A stretch of DNA of 38,058 bases from a virus (taxonomy: Duplodnaviria; Caudoviricetes). The stretch covers positions 1-38,058 of IMG/VR virus record IMGVR_UViG_3300003778_000101. One strand, 5' to 3'. Below the pieces are notes generated by a model, which was not told where the DNA came from, searched no databases, and saw only the letters and a list, made by a program, of their open reading frames with translations. How positions within the stretch are numbered: position 1 is the first letter of the stretch; every line of letters starts with the position of its first letter. A program made the position numbers and the translations under genes. Positions 29,001 to 35,075 of the stretch are shown here, piece by piece.

Positions 29001-30581
29001 CTGAACCCGGAATTTGCGGTGGCCAACGCCTTCCGTGACTTCCAGACCGCGCAGTTCAACATTCAGGCCTTCGGGGAGGGTGACAAGGGCGCCATCGCCA
29101 AGGCCATGCTGCGCGACTGGCGCAAGGCCTTGTCCGGGTCGTGGCGCGCGCAGGGCAACCGATATGATTCCGTCTGGGCCAAGCACTACCGCGAGTTCCA
29201 GAAGGCCGGGGCGCAGGTCTCGTTCTGGACCATCGAGCAACCCGAAACCGCCAAGGAAGACCTCGACCGGCGCGTGCGTCTTGCCAGCGGCACCATGGCG
29301 GCCCGCGCCTTGAAGCGTCTCACGTCGCCCCGGGCCATCCTGTCAATGCGTGACAACCCTGCCTTGGCCATGATCGAGCGGGCCAACATTGCGGTGGACA
29401 ACGCCATTCGCCTTGCCGCCTTTGTCGAGGCCCGCAAGCGTGGCTGGGCGGTCGAAGATGCGGCATTCCTTGCGAAGGAGCTGACCGTCAACTTCAACCG
29501 TCGCGGGGAAGTGGGGGCGAACATGAACGCGCTCTACCCGTTCTTCAATGCCGCGGTTCAAGGCTCGGTTCGGACCATCAAGGCCCTGACCTCGCGCCGC
29601 GTGGCGCTGATGGCGCTTACCTCCATCGCCGCCGGGATGCTGAACGATCTGCTGAATGCCTGGCTGTCTGACGAGGACGACGACGGCCAGCTTTTCTATG
29701 ACAAGGTGCCGGAATACCGCAACGAGCGGAACTTCCACATCGTCGGCTGGGGCACGGGGCAGAACCCGGCTGCGGTGCCAATGCCCTACGGTTACAACAT
29801 CTTCCCCTATGCCGGACAGAACCTTGGCAAGGTGGTGCGGGGCGTGAAGTCGCCATCTGAGGCGATGGGCGATGTCGCGGCGGCGCTGTTCAATGCGTTC
29901 TCCCCGGTCAACGGGGGTAGTAGCACGACGTTTGTGTCGCCGTTCTTCACTGACCCACTGATTGAGATGGGTGAAAATGCCGACTGGACCGGGACGCCGA
30001 TCTATCCCCGTTATCCCGCTGTCGGCGCCCCGGATTCCGAGGTGTATTTCGCCGGGGCCTCCGAGGCATCCAAGGCCATCGCGTCTTTCCTGAACTCGGC
30101 AACGGGCGGTGATTTCCGCGAAGCGGGATGGATCAGCGTTTCCCCCGAAACGATTGACCACCTGTCTGCCTTCGTGACTGGCAGCGCCGGGGCGTTTGTG
30201 GGGCGCACCTCCGATCTTCTCGCCAAGACCCTCAAAGGTGATGTGGCCGATATCGGGATGAGGGACATTCCGATCCTGCGCACGCTCACGTCTCCGGTCG
30301 GCCCTTGGATTGATCGGGATCAGTTCTATTCCGCCAAGGCAGCGGTTCAGGATGCAAATGCCGACGTGAAAGCCTATGCTGGCGCTGGTCAGGCCATCCC
30401 CCCCGAGAAGCAAGCCATGGCAGACCTTTATGACGACATGCTGGAGGCGGAACGGGAAATGAACGGCAAGGGCGATTGGAACCAGAGCAAAGCGGGGGCC
30501 ATCCCGCAACGCCCCGATGCGGTGGTGATGAAAGAGTTCAACCGGAAGTATCTCGTGGTGATTGGCAAGGTGAAGCCATGA
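17076..30581 (+). CDS. giant polyvalent virion protein (4501 aa)
   Basis: Approximate modules: ParB-like (DGHQR at 19089); JAB/MPN (HNHPS....S..D at 21138); ART-like 1 (22250-22820, YHGT..GFFFS); SF2 helicase (23170-24840, GTGTGKT, DESQ, SATP, QEEGR); N6-MTase (24990-25500, LEPSAGDG, NPPF); ART-like 2 (25970-26860); zincin (HEVIH near 27087); GNAT (27480-27810, QGQGIG, FYKRFGF); LPD38-like C-terminus. Confidence 0.92.
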   Translation: MATFEELMAALRKADAAGDTEGAARIAQMASKIKGAQPAPSHGASAVPQDAPSPVLPQDPVTPGGFDQQIISLMQPAGGPPVSALSAQAPAPRVAPNMAGPIRATMTPRVAMPVEDPLLAALRGEDVQANGAPVTYGASRDANDQRPPSDPFEGEGFKPLAKRRGQQFVRGATEVVASVPESVAITGEMADRTRSAGAVQGADFRAQLITDIDARLADPATPANERAILERNKADMTQGIDTLRGEAAQPIVPAQDRPVFAAGDQIRGAVTDTVGAPDPRDVGFWAQAAEGSGNMAGMIAASTAGGLVGGPAGSLAVGGMTGSTMNQSQVFKEALDAGADQETALQASKWAAVIGAGEIIPINRALKILPPRLRGELATGFMRKFVDLAQASGEEAAQEYLSQVANNIAAQKLYDPERGWTEGATDAALVGAVLGAGVGGIGLALEGKPAAQNVTAPPRREEPPADPLSQITAAMQPPAPDQAPKTPAPEQPAPQATANQTQPQPSQGDAGRYEILDEIENGPDGQRVPTGRKVRYDRQTGTVEPISPDQIDAEVKSEAPPPAEMRKSADAEPAPEGQPSPTAGPAPQADVVQAAGGTVPPAPIPNQPRNFEFIDAAGVAKIGTEPGVMQYKAGGDAEGVTDRLKGVTEWRPERAGMSIIYEYADGRRVIADGHQRLGLAKRLAGQGKAIQMPAMILRQADGVTPEEARVTAALKNIAEGSGTALDAAKVLRGTDKTPDQLGLPPSSAIVRDAMGMRNLSEQAFGMVINGVSSERDGGIVGRAVTDKAAQANILALLARMQKERPITAFQAESVARQAAADTVVETQDSLFGPEDDTKNLYLERAKILEAASKMKREEQSAFRNVIANADRLAAAGNQLDAEGNQTRLDSAAAMRDYLGREANTKGAISEALTAAARALNGGATVAAATRQFLDAVERELGARGQQRADGNQGGAAPVPERQPEPEPQAVGGKGGEVDPPQGDKRDENAADSDLFGGPAPAAPDPQADILAAMTGRKPKGSEAKPPAAPESDATVGDAIRAAFDALPSVQIGRQHWYPLTVTARGKTRHFLASQWQVDSTGRKRPAIHLLNIMQVRMIRAATPEPRFVRYRLNAKNELVEDGLPVALTEGDLLQRWAGAGLPLPEGVKAPGADPTPAAPPPADPFAPAQTGKSPAQIKAEAEAAVRAQQSKLRKPDGNSGDAGPLFNPDQDLFDPPKADPKPKPQSPTDKLADEIRARQAAVEAMQAERRAILARYTVDGDEAVNKANGSFDIAETPTGETLMAKLIEAKTFAEKKAVADAFVLDEGKRSGVEHLVVLTEDGIPLAITSGHKSGVSFPAAVWRAGSRDEAAYSVHNHPSSNGFSGSDLAILAIWPKHTLAVIGHNGDRHEVRATRDFDMVDDVTLRDPMNRQAKLNVALTEARDAALWRINQHMLEKGEANAAGEARYLAATRPFFQLVLEEMGLIIYTDRAKWRAQFEAQGFNFEDFYGQVSGAVADRLGRAGFIIPEGGNTGGNRPADESPQAASPGADGAAGKPAADGAKGDGRGRVPAQPVGPAKTGNAALDGALDDIFGDEADVPSPGQRVERDSGNPDPADGMGGTDVPAAAGRDGRGGEGRTGPGGSPDREQSAGGGLPGGDAPPVGSGSDPGVDSAERPARKPASGRKRGTGDGNRAGGLSPDAGRGADPAGNASGATPGKLTPAQQLAAIRGIFKEDVIDFVAGPERRRTDSDAFRKWFGNSKVVDADGKPLVLYHGTDADFQGFGVEHLGSATDANSAKMGFFFSDRSKTAEYYSTLSNKEREFQKKIARITGRDFVDSGANVIPVYLSLKNPLVHDFKGRVHRSTAYYDLLRKAQAEGRDGAIFRRTYDAGEYGRFDAIMRGRLKSETVFVAFRPEQIKSIFNQGTWDASSPYMLREDAANPIDPRKAEALESIFVGALDGVNVKAATDRDLFRSIILPLRDAGMTREEVAEMTPYLESFLANLRAGRVGLATEPAPRAIEADDRAAVQAKADRIKPVAADEANIRATLPLLLPEQQDDVLKVERRFSKPDGHGMMITNGTGTGKTFSGGGVIKRFVQMGKGDILIVAPSEAVIAGWTKALSALDVPVNQLRDTKDAGQAVTITTYANLRDNDALASRSFDLVVTDESQNLMSSQDGAVTGALQNLRAITHRPADLWRKSRMRHAKEWEAYKAMRDGEAKTAVYRRLKSREEAEVARWAQEPRSKVLFLSATPFAYDKAVDYAEGYLFDYPKDGHVGRSRQSGQNLFMVQHFGYRIRYHKLTKPEAAVDSAVFEREFHEKLKRDGVLSGRSLQVDVDYDRKFVLAADGLGTQIDAVLKHVFEGRRNADKAIADGYQTLEREISQKFNYLKRMQLLEAIKARAAIPDIEKHLALGRKVVVFHDYNVGGGFNPFSNIAPANDANAIAAAADLMAAFPDLNRMKFASYAAPVDALLSALGKRARAFNGTVPQKKRLQNLADFNTDGSGADVLVVQSDAGGAGISMHDLTGTHQRVLINLGMPTKPTTTLQEEGRILRVGTVTNAPFRYYTIGTAWERRAFATRIAERSGTVENLALGNEARDLLTGFIEAYEAAEALEPGPDDGKGGKERDRKANVTSPFEKAKTHYFGRTKTTGRRDQRDGIDFYPTPEPLALKMVEWAGIRPNERVLEPSAGDGAIARYVPDFADLTMVEPSSDLSSRALLKAPHGKTVESTFESYHLVNKAHVIVMNPPFGSGGATAMQHLAKAAKHLRAGGRIVALIPTGPSADKRFDAWWEGDDAKGLSLSAEVALPAVAFERAGTSVMTRVVVIDKPAEGQEVAPDTQRLNFAGARSINEFFDRLEQYDVRRRPDPVRDVVEEMEAEGQDATAPMPQPVQGPPLAAKADAFKLAQVKHAKTGADLFVATIRDKVEREEYAAVLAVAKQHGGYYSSFRGNGAVPGFQFKSEADRQAFLDDMQKPTAGFAETAYHGTPHDFDRFSLDAMGTGEGAQAYGWGLYFAGKRAVSEWYRDKLSRVSLRIDGEEIPPFLYGPQSSDIMQRTQEYLADKPPSRPEGVSEEAWRDGAVLFRISLRAVIGNLRDKINSTPGDDVQDRLRVYRETKLAQYKAAEQRAFPPDMAEYAAHLAAIDWLAARVTKVNPGRLFTVDIPGQESLLDWDAPLSEQPAAVQAIIGAMDAAPDKSVWDATTGQDFIDQLTVDAMGDAAFMQSTRERAAAKAEARRMASEALRAAGIPGHRYLDGSSRNAGEGSYNYVIYDDQAITILEKQQRAQMVREAATSTEEIIRLMPRLRAELDRLDLKRVRLVADSDARDWQGMFHVTGDGALEIVIGASMDPMGTLHHEVIHALRTMNLFTPEEWRALELAAERGWVAKHDIAARYPDLLPHEQIEEAIAEEFSEALAARKSPKGSALVTAFNKIARLLRALRNVLNGAGYQTAEDIFGRILAGEISKRQAGNTGMRASKLAQAPKPNVDAFEAALKHDLGLRSLSLFVTRSGDLKLNMLAVGKDEQGQGIGTKAMSRIAEFADQNGFRLILSPGLRDDGFGTTSRDRLVNFYKRFGFVENKGRRKDFSISEGMYRDPARNRFQRPQAVRPLSAQARAHRNTGMGGALFIPDRRVWEELTRATAPIWARLRNGAGGMSDGIDRARVYIQDRFLPVLRAQEAIERATGRRLPPEQRAYTAETTFSGKVGRHLFEVDEDFVKPIIRLIAASKGRLTAEAVGEWLYARHAIERNAKIASINPAMPDGGSGMTNAEAKQILADAAASPDAARLVEIGSLIDKLRERTLSLREDAGLITHDEASDWRKMYRHYVPLKGFAETDHAEAVLDITGIGKRFNVRGGESRRALGRKSEAFNPLQAAFTQAQEVAIRAEKNRVGQSLHELAKDYPSKALWEVKKPAQKRYFNRSTGLVETRVEDPVSMILAPNEMAVKISGEEHRIIFHDERLARAAGTVGADQMGQITRLLSMFSRFWSMTRTMLNPEFAVANAFRDFQTAQFNIQAFGEGDKGAIAKAMLRDWRKALSGSWRAQGNRYDSVWAKHYREFQKAGAQVSFWTIEQPETAKEDLDRRVRLASGTMAARALKRLTSPRAILSMRDNPALAMIERANIAVDNAIRLAAFVEARKRGWAVEDAAFLAKELTVNFNRRGEVGANMNALYPFFNAAVQGSVRTIKALTSRRVALMALTSIAAGMLNDLLNAWLSDEDDDGQLFYDKVPEYRNERNFHIVGWGTGQNPAAVPMPYGYNIFPYAGQNLGKVVRGVKSPSEAMGDVAAALFNAFSPVNGGSSTTFVSPFFTDPLIEMGENADWTGTPIYPRYPAVGAPDSEVYFAGASEASKAIASFLNSATGGDFREAGWISVSPETIDHLSAFVTGSAGAFVGRTSDLLAKTLKGDVADIGMRDIPILRTLTSPVGPWIDRDQFYSAKAAVQDANADVKAYAGAGQAIPPEKQAMADLYDDMLEAEREMNGKGDWNQSKAGAIPQRPDAVVMKEFNRKYLVVIGKVKP
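19801..19986 (+). CDS. candidate nested +1-frame ORF A (61 aa from GTG, or 36 aa from ATG 19876)
   Basis: AAGGGAG lies 6 nt before the GTG. The distal half (NWERAASNAQTAIKEGQRLSQNASRNL) is helix-like, and host-frame codons here often end in A/T. Confidence 0.35.
   Translation: MKPSQQQHAPSTVAQQSPPQPGSSSMPSNVNWERAASNAQTAIKEGQRLSQNASRNLNRKP
21541..21741 (+). CDS. nested +1-frame ORF B (66 aa)
   Basis: GAGGA lies 5 nt before the ATG. Amphipathic helices RAEIQAEIDRL and ELTARLESLQQMAQKA. The host frame becomes a G/P/A/D low-complexity linker. Confidence 0.6.
   Translation: MDRFQALSLIGLDGPDSSSPRAEIQAEIDRLTKAPKPHHPELTARLESLQQMAQKATEEGGFRRNP
21808..22176 (+). CDS. nested +1-frame ORF C (122 aa)
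   Basis: GGAG at 21795-21798 lies 9 nt before ATG 21808. Globular Ala/Leu/Glu/Gln-rich sequence with no Cys and few Arg, unlike other shadow frames in the window. The host frame is G/R/D/P-rich with many A/T-ending codons. Confidence 0.78.
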   Translation: MFQAPASVWNAIAETQTLRTAWAEQMFPLPQDEMDVAVKGELDRVEAQTGSKVLAAAYLVVMPLLWEAEAIRAWTAQNGPLASLPPVESVAQAMAIAQGDYLLTQDEAQTLRAMLLAPPPES

Positions 30582-30787
30582 CGGGCGTCTATTGGTCCCT
30601 CGGCGGGATGCTGGCTGCGCTCATCGCGGGGTATACCGTCGGCTGGCAGCACGGGCATGACAAGGCATCCCTTGCGGTCAGGGCCGCAACGCAGGTCGTG
30701 GTCGAACCGTATCCATTCGCTAACGTCTGTTCCGAGATGCTGGAGGCGGCCTGGTCTGTCCAGCCCGCGCCATCGCCGCACGACTGA
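30578..30787 (+). CDS. small protein with N-terminal hydrophobic segment (69 aa)
   Basis: ATGA overlap with the giant gene stop; VYWSLGGMLAALIAGYTVGW. Confidence 0.6.
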   Translation: MTGVYWSLGGMLAALIAGYTVGWQHGHDKASLAVRAATQVVVEPYPFANVCSEMLEAAWSVQPAPSPHD

Positions 30788-30802
30788 GGCGACTTGCGCC
30801 AT
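30773..30802 (+). promoter_or_regulatory. putative late promoter motif
   Basis: TCGCCGCACG-N17-CAT, upstream of ATG 30866. Confidence 0.6.
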
Positions 30803-30865
30803 GTTCCGGCCTGCGTAGCGGGCCGCCTCAGCCCGCGCTTTTGATCAAGCACGGGAGAAACCCAA

Positions 30866-31780
30866 ATGGCGACCCAACACGATACCGTGTCCGTCACCCT
30901 GTCCGCCACCACCGGCACGGGCGGCACCTTCACCGCGTCCTACCCCTCGGCCCGCAGCGCCGAAGATTATCTCGGCTCGGTGAACCACGAAATCCATTCC
31001 ACGGCCTATCGCTCTCTGTTCGCCAAGGCAGGCGATTTTTCCGTGACCTTCGGCGCGTCCAACATCACCGTTTCGATCCTGACCGGGATTTCTCTGGTGA
31101 TCGGCAGCGTGCTGACCCTCCTGCTGGACCGGGCCCAGATCGACGCCGGCAAAGGTGAGGTCGTGACGCTGGCCAACGATGGCAAGATGTCCCTGCAAAC
31201 CCTGACGAAGATCCATCTCGGCACTCCGGCAACGGCGGATGCTGACGGCTTCGTCGCTTCGCAGAACCTGACCGCTGCGGGCGTCTTCTCGGTCAACACC
31301 ACCTTTGCCGCGGCGAAGGCGGCGGCGGCCCTCAATGGCTCCGCCGATGTGCCCCGTAACGTCGTGGCGGCATGGACCGGAACGGCTGTTCTGACCGTCA
31401 CCGGCACGGATGAGTATGGCAATGTTGTGCGTGAATCCTCGGCCAGCGGCACGACATTCACGGGCAAGAAGGCGTTCAAGACCGTGACGGCCGTTTCGGT
31501 CTCGGCCGATGTGACCGCGCTGACGGTCGGGACCGGCACTGTTCTTGGCCTGCCGGTCTATCTGGCTGACGCGAGCGATGTTCTGAAAGAGATCATGGAT
31601 GATGTCGCGGCCACGGCCGGCACGCTCGCGGCGGGCATCCTGACCACCCCCAGCGCGACCACGGGCGACGTGCGCGGCACCTATGCTCCGAACTCGGCAC
31701 CGAACGGGTCGCGGAAATATGAACTGATCGCGGCGCTGCGTGATCCGTCGTTCAAGGGCATCGCGCAATTCGCGGGCTAA
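30866..31780 (+). CDS. virion structural protein, possibly capsid decoration
   Basis: Thr/Ala/Gly-rich beta protein with strongly biased codons, GGGAG SD, and its own promoter motif and terminator. Confidence 0.7.
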   Translation: MATQHDTVSVTLSATTGTGGTFTASYPSARSAEDYLGSVNHEIHSTAYRSLFAKAGDFSVTFGASNITVSILTGISLVIGSVLTLLLDRAQIDAGKGEVVTLANDGKMSLQTLTKIHLGTPATADADGFVASQNLTAAGVFSVNTTFAAAKAAAALNGSADVPRNVVAAWTGTAVLTVTGTDEYGNVVRESSASGTTFTGKKAFKTVTAVSVSADVTALTVGTGTVLGLPVYLADASDVLKEIMDDVAATAGTLAAGILTTPSATTGDVRGTYAPNSAPNGSRKYELIAALRDPSFKGIAQFAG

Positions 31781-31804
31781 GGCCGGAAGCCTCGCGCTGC
31801 GCTG

Positions 31805-31839
31805 AAAGGGTCGGGGGAAGCTCCGGCCCTTTTTCTTTT
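31805..31839 (+). terminator. Rho-independent terminator
   Basis: AAAGGGTCGGGG-GAAG-CTCCGGCCCTTT followed by TTCTTTT. Confidence 0.85.
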
Positions 31840-31840
31840 G

Positions 31841-31870
31841 TCGCCGCACAGCGGTTCGGCCCTGCGGCAG
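31841..31870 (+). promoter_or_regulatory. putative late promoter motif (tailspike)
   Basis: TCGCCGCACA-N17-CAG, immediately after the terminator. Confidence 0.65.
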
Positions 31871-31907
31871 ACATGGCCCGGGGCGATATTAAGGCGAGGC
31901 TGCGGAC

Positions 31908-34673
31908 ATGCCATTCAACAAGAACACGGGGCGGTTCGAGCGGTTGTGGAATTTCGTTGATCAGCGGGAGGCTGGCGACGACATCACGCGGTCCGATCTT
32001 GACGTGATGGCCAACGATCTGGCGGCCGGAATCACCGAGGCGGCGGCGCAGACGCTCAACTACGTCGGGGAGTGGAACCCGGAAATCGCCAGCTTTCCGG
32101 CTTCCCGCCCGAGCGGTGGGCGGATCATGGCGCGCGATGCCTTCGTTTGCCTTGGCGATGGAACGGTTGGCGGGATCACCTTCGAGGCTGGCGAAACCCT
32201 TGTTGCTCTGGTCCCTGACCCGGGGCAGGCCTATGCCACTCGCTGGCTGAAGCTGCCGTTCCTTTCGCTGGCCGCGATGATGTCGATTGCGGACGCGGCG
32301 CAGGGGAATGCTGCGGCCGCGCAGCAGATCGCTGCCGATTTTGGCGACCTTGCGGGCGCACAGGCGGGCATCGACGCTGCTGTCGATCTTGCCGAAGCAT
32401 ATGCCCAGACGCCAGAGGACACCGAGGTTCCGGGCGGGGCCGGGTATTCGGCGCTGCACTATGCGGCCAAGGCGGGCGCAGATACCGCCACCACGATTGC
32501 CGCGAAAGACGCGGCCATTGCCGCGCGGGATGTGGCGATGGCATCGCGCGGCATTTTCGCCAGCACGGCGGCGGGGCTGTCAAAGGGCGTCGTCAACATC
32601 GCCTCTCTGGTCGGCGGGTCTGGCGGCGCTGACGGCACCTTCGCGCTTGCCTTTTCGGGCGGCGCGGGCGCGGGCGCGGCTGGCGACTTTGTGGTGGCTG
32701 GCGGGGCTGTGGTGCAGGTGAACATCACCAACCCCGGCACGGGATACACGAGCGCCCCGACCATCAGCTTCGCGGCATCCTCGGGCCTGACAGGGGCGTC
32801 GGCAACGGCAGTCATCGACTTCCGCAATCCGGTCGGCACCTATTTCAGTGTGCCAGCAAGCGGCAACAGTAGCCTGATCCTCTACAGCGTAGATACTGGG
32901 CCGGTGGCTACTGAGGTGGCGCGCTACCCGGCGTCCGGCAAGACGCTTCAGGCGATGATGGTGGCGGGTGTCGGGGTGTCGTCTAGCCAAGTCACGCTTG
33001 GCTCAGGCTCGATCACGCCGTCGATCTATCGGGCTATCACTCCGGCATCTGGCACAACCTACGAAGCGGTTGCCGTAGCCAGAGATGGCGATTTGCCTAT
33101 CCTGCAACTGTATGCCAGCAGCCCGACCATTTCGATCAATGCGATTTTTGACCTGACCGCTGGGACATGCGCAGCTACCGCAGGCACCGCATCCATGCGC
33201 TACATGGGCGGCGGGTTCTGGGAATGCAAAGCCGTCGCCACTGCCACGGGCACCACTGCCACGAATATTCAGGCCCGTCCGTCTTTGACGGGGACGTTGC
33301 CGTTTACCGCAGCAGGTGAAACCATTTGGCTGTATTCGTTCGAGGCGCGTGTGGCGGGCGGGTCGAACATCTGGGCCAGCAACAACCCTGCGGATGCAAT
33401 TTTTACGAAGGCAAGCTGCACTGTCGCATCGGCGGTGGCGCCAGAAGACCTCCTGTCAGAGGAGCTATTGGAGGCAACTTCGGCGATCAATGCGCTTGAT
33501 CTGCTGCTCAATGGGGCTTTGACCGGGTGGGCACTGACGGAGGAGGCGGGCTCCGTAACGCCGAGCCTGTATCGCTCCAGAACATGGGTATCTGGGCAAG
33601 CCTTTGAACTTGTCGGCGTCTTCAAGGCAGGCGCGCGTTCTCGGGTCAACCTGTTCTGCAACACTGGGGCTGTGTTCAACGGCACGTTCAACCTGGACAC
33701 CGGAACTTGCACTGGGACGGGCGCCGCCATGTCCTACATTGGCAATGGCTGGTATGAGTGCCGGATCACCGGCACGGCATCTGCCAACGCAAGCGGCAAC
33801 GTGCAGTCTCGCATCTATCCGGCATCCGGGGGGCAACCTTATACCGGTGATGGGGCAAGCGGAATTTTCGTGCAGGAAATCACCCTGTCCATCGCTGGCG
33901 GCAGCAACGTATTCACTTTTTCAAATGACTTCTCGAATGCGGCATGGACAAAACGGGACTGCTCGGTGACATCCGGGCAGGCGCTGTATGTTGGCATTGC
34001 CTCTGATTTGGCTGGATCAACGGACGATAGTTCTGCGGCCTACAGTGGCGCAAAATGGGCTGCACTAGGGACGTCGATCACCGCTCAGAACCAGTATGTC
34101 CCTGTGGTGGCAGAATTTCTTGGCATGACGGCGCAGAACCTTGGCGTCAGCGGCGGGTCATTGGCGTCTGGGTCTGACGCTGGCTCTCTGGCAATCTACA
34201 ATGCCATTTCGAGTATTGCCGTTGACTCCGATCTTGTGACTCTAGAAGCGGGCATAAACGATTTCGGAAAATCAAATTCCAACATCGGCGCGCTCGGTGA
34301 CACCACGACCGCGACGTTTTACGGGGCGATCCATGCCGCCATCGTGGCTATCATGGCGCGGGCACCGTCTGCCAAGATTGTCTTTCTGACGCCATATGGT
34401 GGCGATGGCGTCACATACCCGGCCTACTACCCATATACCGCCAACGCCAAGGGCCTGACGCTGCGCCAGTTTACGACGGCGATCCGCGATGTCTGCGGAT
34501 CATTGGGTGTCCCTGTCATCGACGTAGGGGAGGCGGCTGGCATCGGCCCGCTGACCGCGCCGACATACATGTCGGACGGGCTGCATATCAATGCGACTGG
34601 CGGGGCGCGCTATGGATCATATGTGGCCGATGGTCTGTTGCGTCTGGCGCGGGCCGGGATGTTGGGGACATGA
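31908..34673 (+). CDS. tailspike / receptor-binding protein with two beta-sandwich repeats and a C-terminal SGNH esterase
   Basis: N-terminal anchor shared with ORF 35076. Repeats at about 32994-33426 and 33537-33969. SGNH blocks GTSIT, G, GIND and DGLH. Confidence 0.85.
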   Translation: MPFNKNTGRFERLWNFVDQREAGDDITRSDLDVMANDLAAGITEAAAQTLNYVGEWNPEIASFPASRPSGGRIMARDAFVCLGDGTVGGITFEAGETLVALVPDPGQAYATRWLKLPFLSLAAMMSIADAAQGNAAAAQQIAADFGDLAGAQAGIDAAVDLAEAYAQTPEDTEVPGGAGYSALHYAAKAGADTATTIAAKDAAIAARDVAMASRGIFASTAAGLSKGVVNIASLVGGSGGADGTFALAFSGGAGAGAAGDFVVAGGAVVQVNITNPGTGYTSAPTISFAASSGLTGASATAVIDFRNPVGTYFSVPASGNSSLILYSVDTGPVATEVARYPASGKTLQAMMVAGVGVSSSQVTLGSGSITPSIYRAITPASGTTYEAVAVARDGDLPILQLYASSPTISINAIFDLTAGTCAATAGTASMRYMGGGFWECKAVATATGTTATNIQARPSLTGTLPFTAAGETIWLYSFEARVAGGSNIWASNNPADAIFTKASCTVASAVAPEDLLSEELLEATSAINALDLLLNGALTGWALTEEAGSVTPSLYRSRTWVSGQAFELVGVFKAGARSRVNLFCNTGAVFNGTFNLDTGTCTGTGAAMSYIGNGWYECRITGTASANASGNVQSRIYPASGGQPYTGDGASGIFVQEITLSIAGGSNVFTFSNDFSNAAWTKRDCSVTSGQALYVGIASDLAGSTDDSSAAYSGAKWAALGTSITAQNQYVPVVAEFLGMTAQNLGVSGGSLASGSDAGSLAIYNAISSIAVDSDLVTLEAGINDFGKSNSNIGALGDTTTATFYGAIHAAIVAIMARAPSAKIVFLTPYGGDGVTYPAYYPYTANAKGLTLRQFTTAIRDVCGSLGVPVIDVGEAAGIGPLTAPTYMSDGLHINATGGARYGSYVADGLLRLARAGMLGT

Positions 34674-34804
34674 CCGACCTGCTGCGTGATATCCTAACCC
34701 CAAGCCCCGGCGCGACACCGTATCAGGCCGGGGTCATGGCGATGGCGCACGCGCTGCTGGGGGCGCTGGAAAGCTACGCCATGGCCGCGTTTATCACCTC
34801 CTGA
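34670..34804 (+). pseudogene. short 44-aa hydrophobic ORF, probable remnant
   Basis: ATGA-coupled MTDLLRDILTP...AHALLGAL; looks like the start of a longer membrane protein. Confidence 0.4.
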
Positions 34805-34817
34805 TCCGAGGACTGAG

Positions 34818-35057
34818 ATGTTTCAAAAGCCGCTGGAATACTGGGCCGTCCTGATCGGGATGGCGCTTTACGCTGCCTCGCGCGATGCCGAGCGGGAGGC
34901 ATTGATCAAGCGGGTGGTCAAGACGCTGGCGAGTGCCTTTCTGGCGGTCGGCCTGACCAGCAAGCCCCGCGATCCGTTTGCGCGCAATTTCACGGCGCGG
35001 CAGGAAGCCGCCCAGGTCCCCGCCGCACAAAGGCGGGGCGATGGCGCAGAGGTTTGA
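34818..35057 (+). pseudogene. truncated holin-like gene
   Basis: GAGG SD and two hydrophobic segments (YWAVLIGMALYAAS, TLASAFLAVGL), then an abrupt change to a non-coding-like tail that crosses the next promoter motif. Confidence 0.45.
35020..35049 (+). promoter_or_regulatory. putative late promoter motif (second fibre)
   Basis: CCGCCGCACA-N17-CAG, upstream of ATG 35076. Confidence 0.6.
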
Positions 35058-35075
35058 AAACCTCGGAGAAGCCCC

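Noticed and set aside
30828..30853. GCGGGC-N7-GCCCGC hairpin followed by GCTTTTG
   Set aside because: The stem is short, the U-tract is weak, and it lies within the presumed leader of ORF 30866; not enough to call a terminator.
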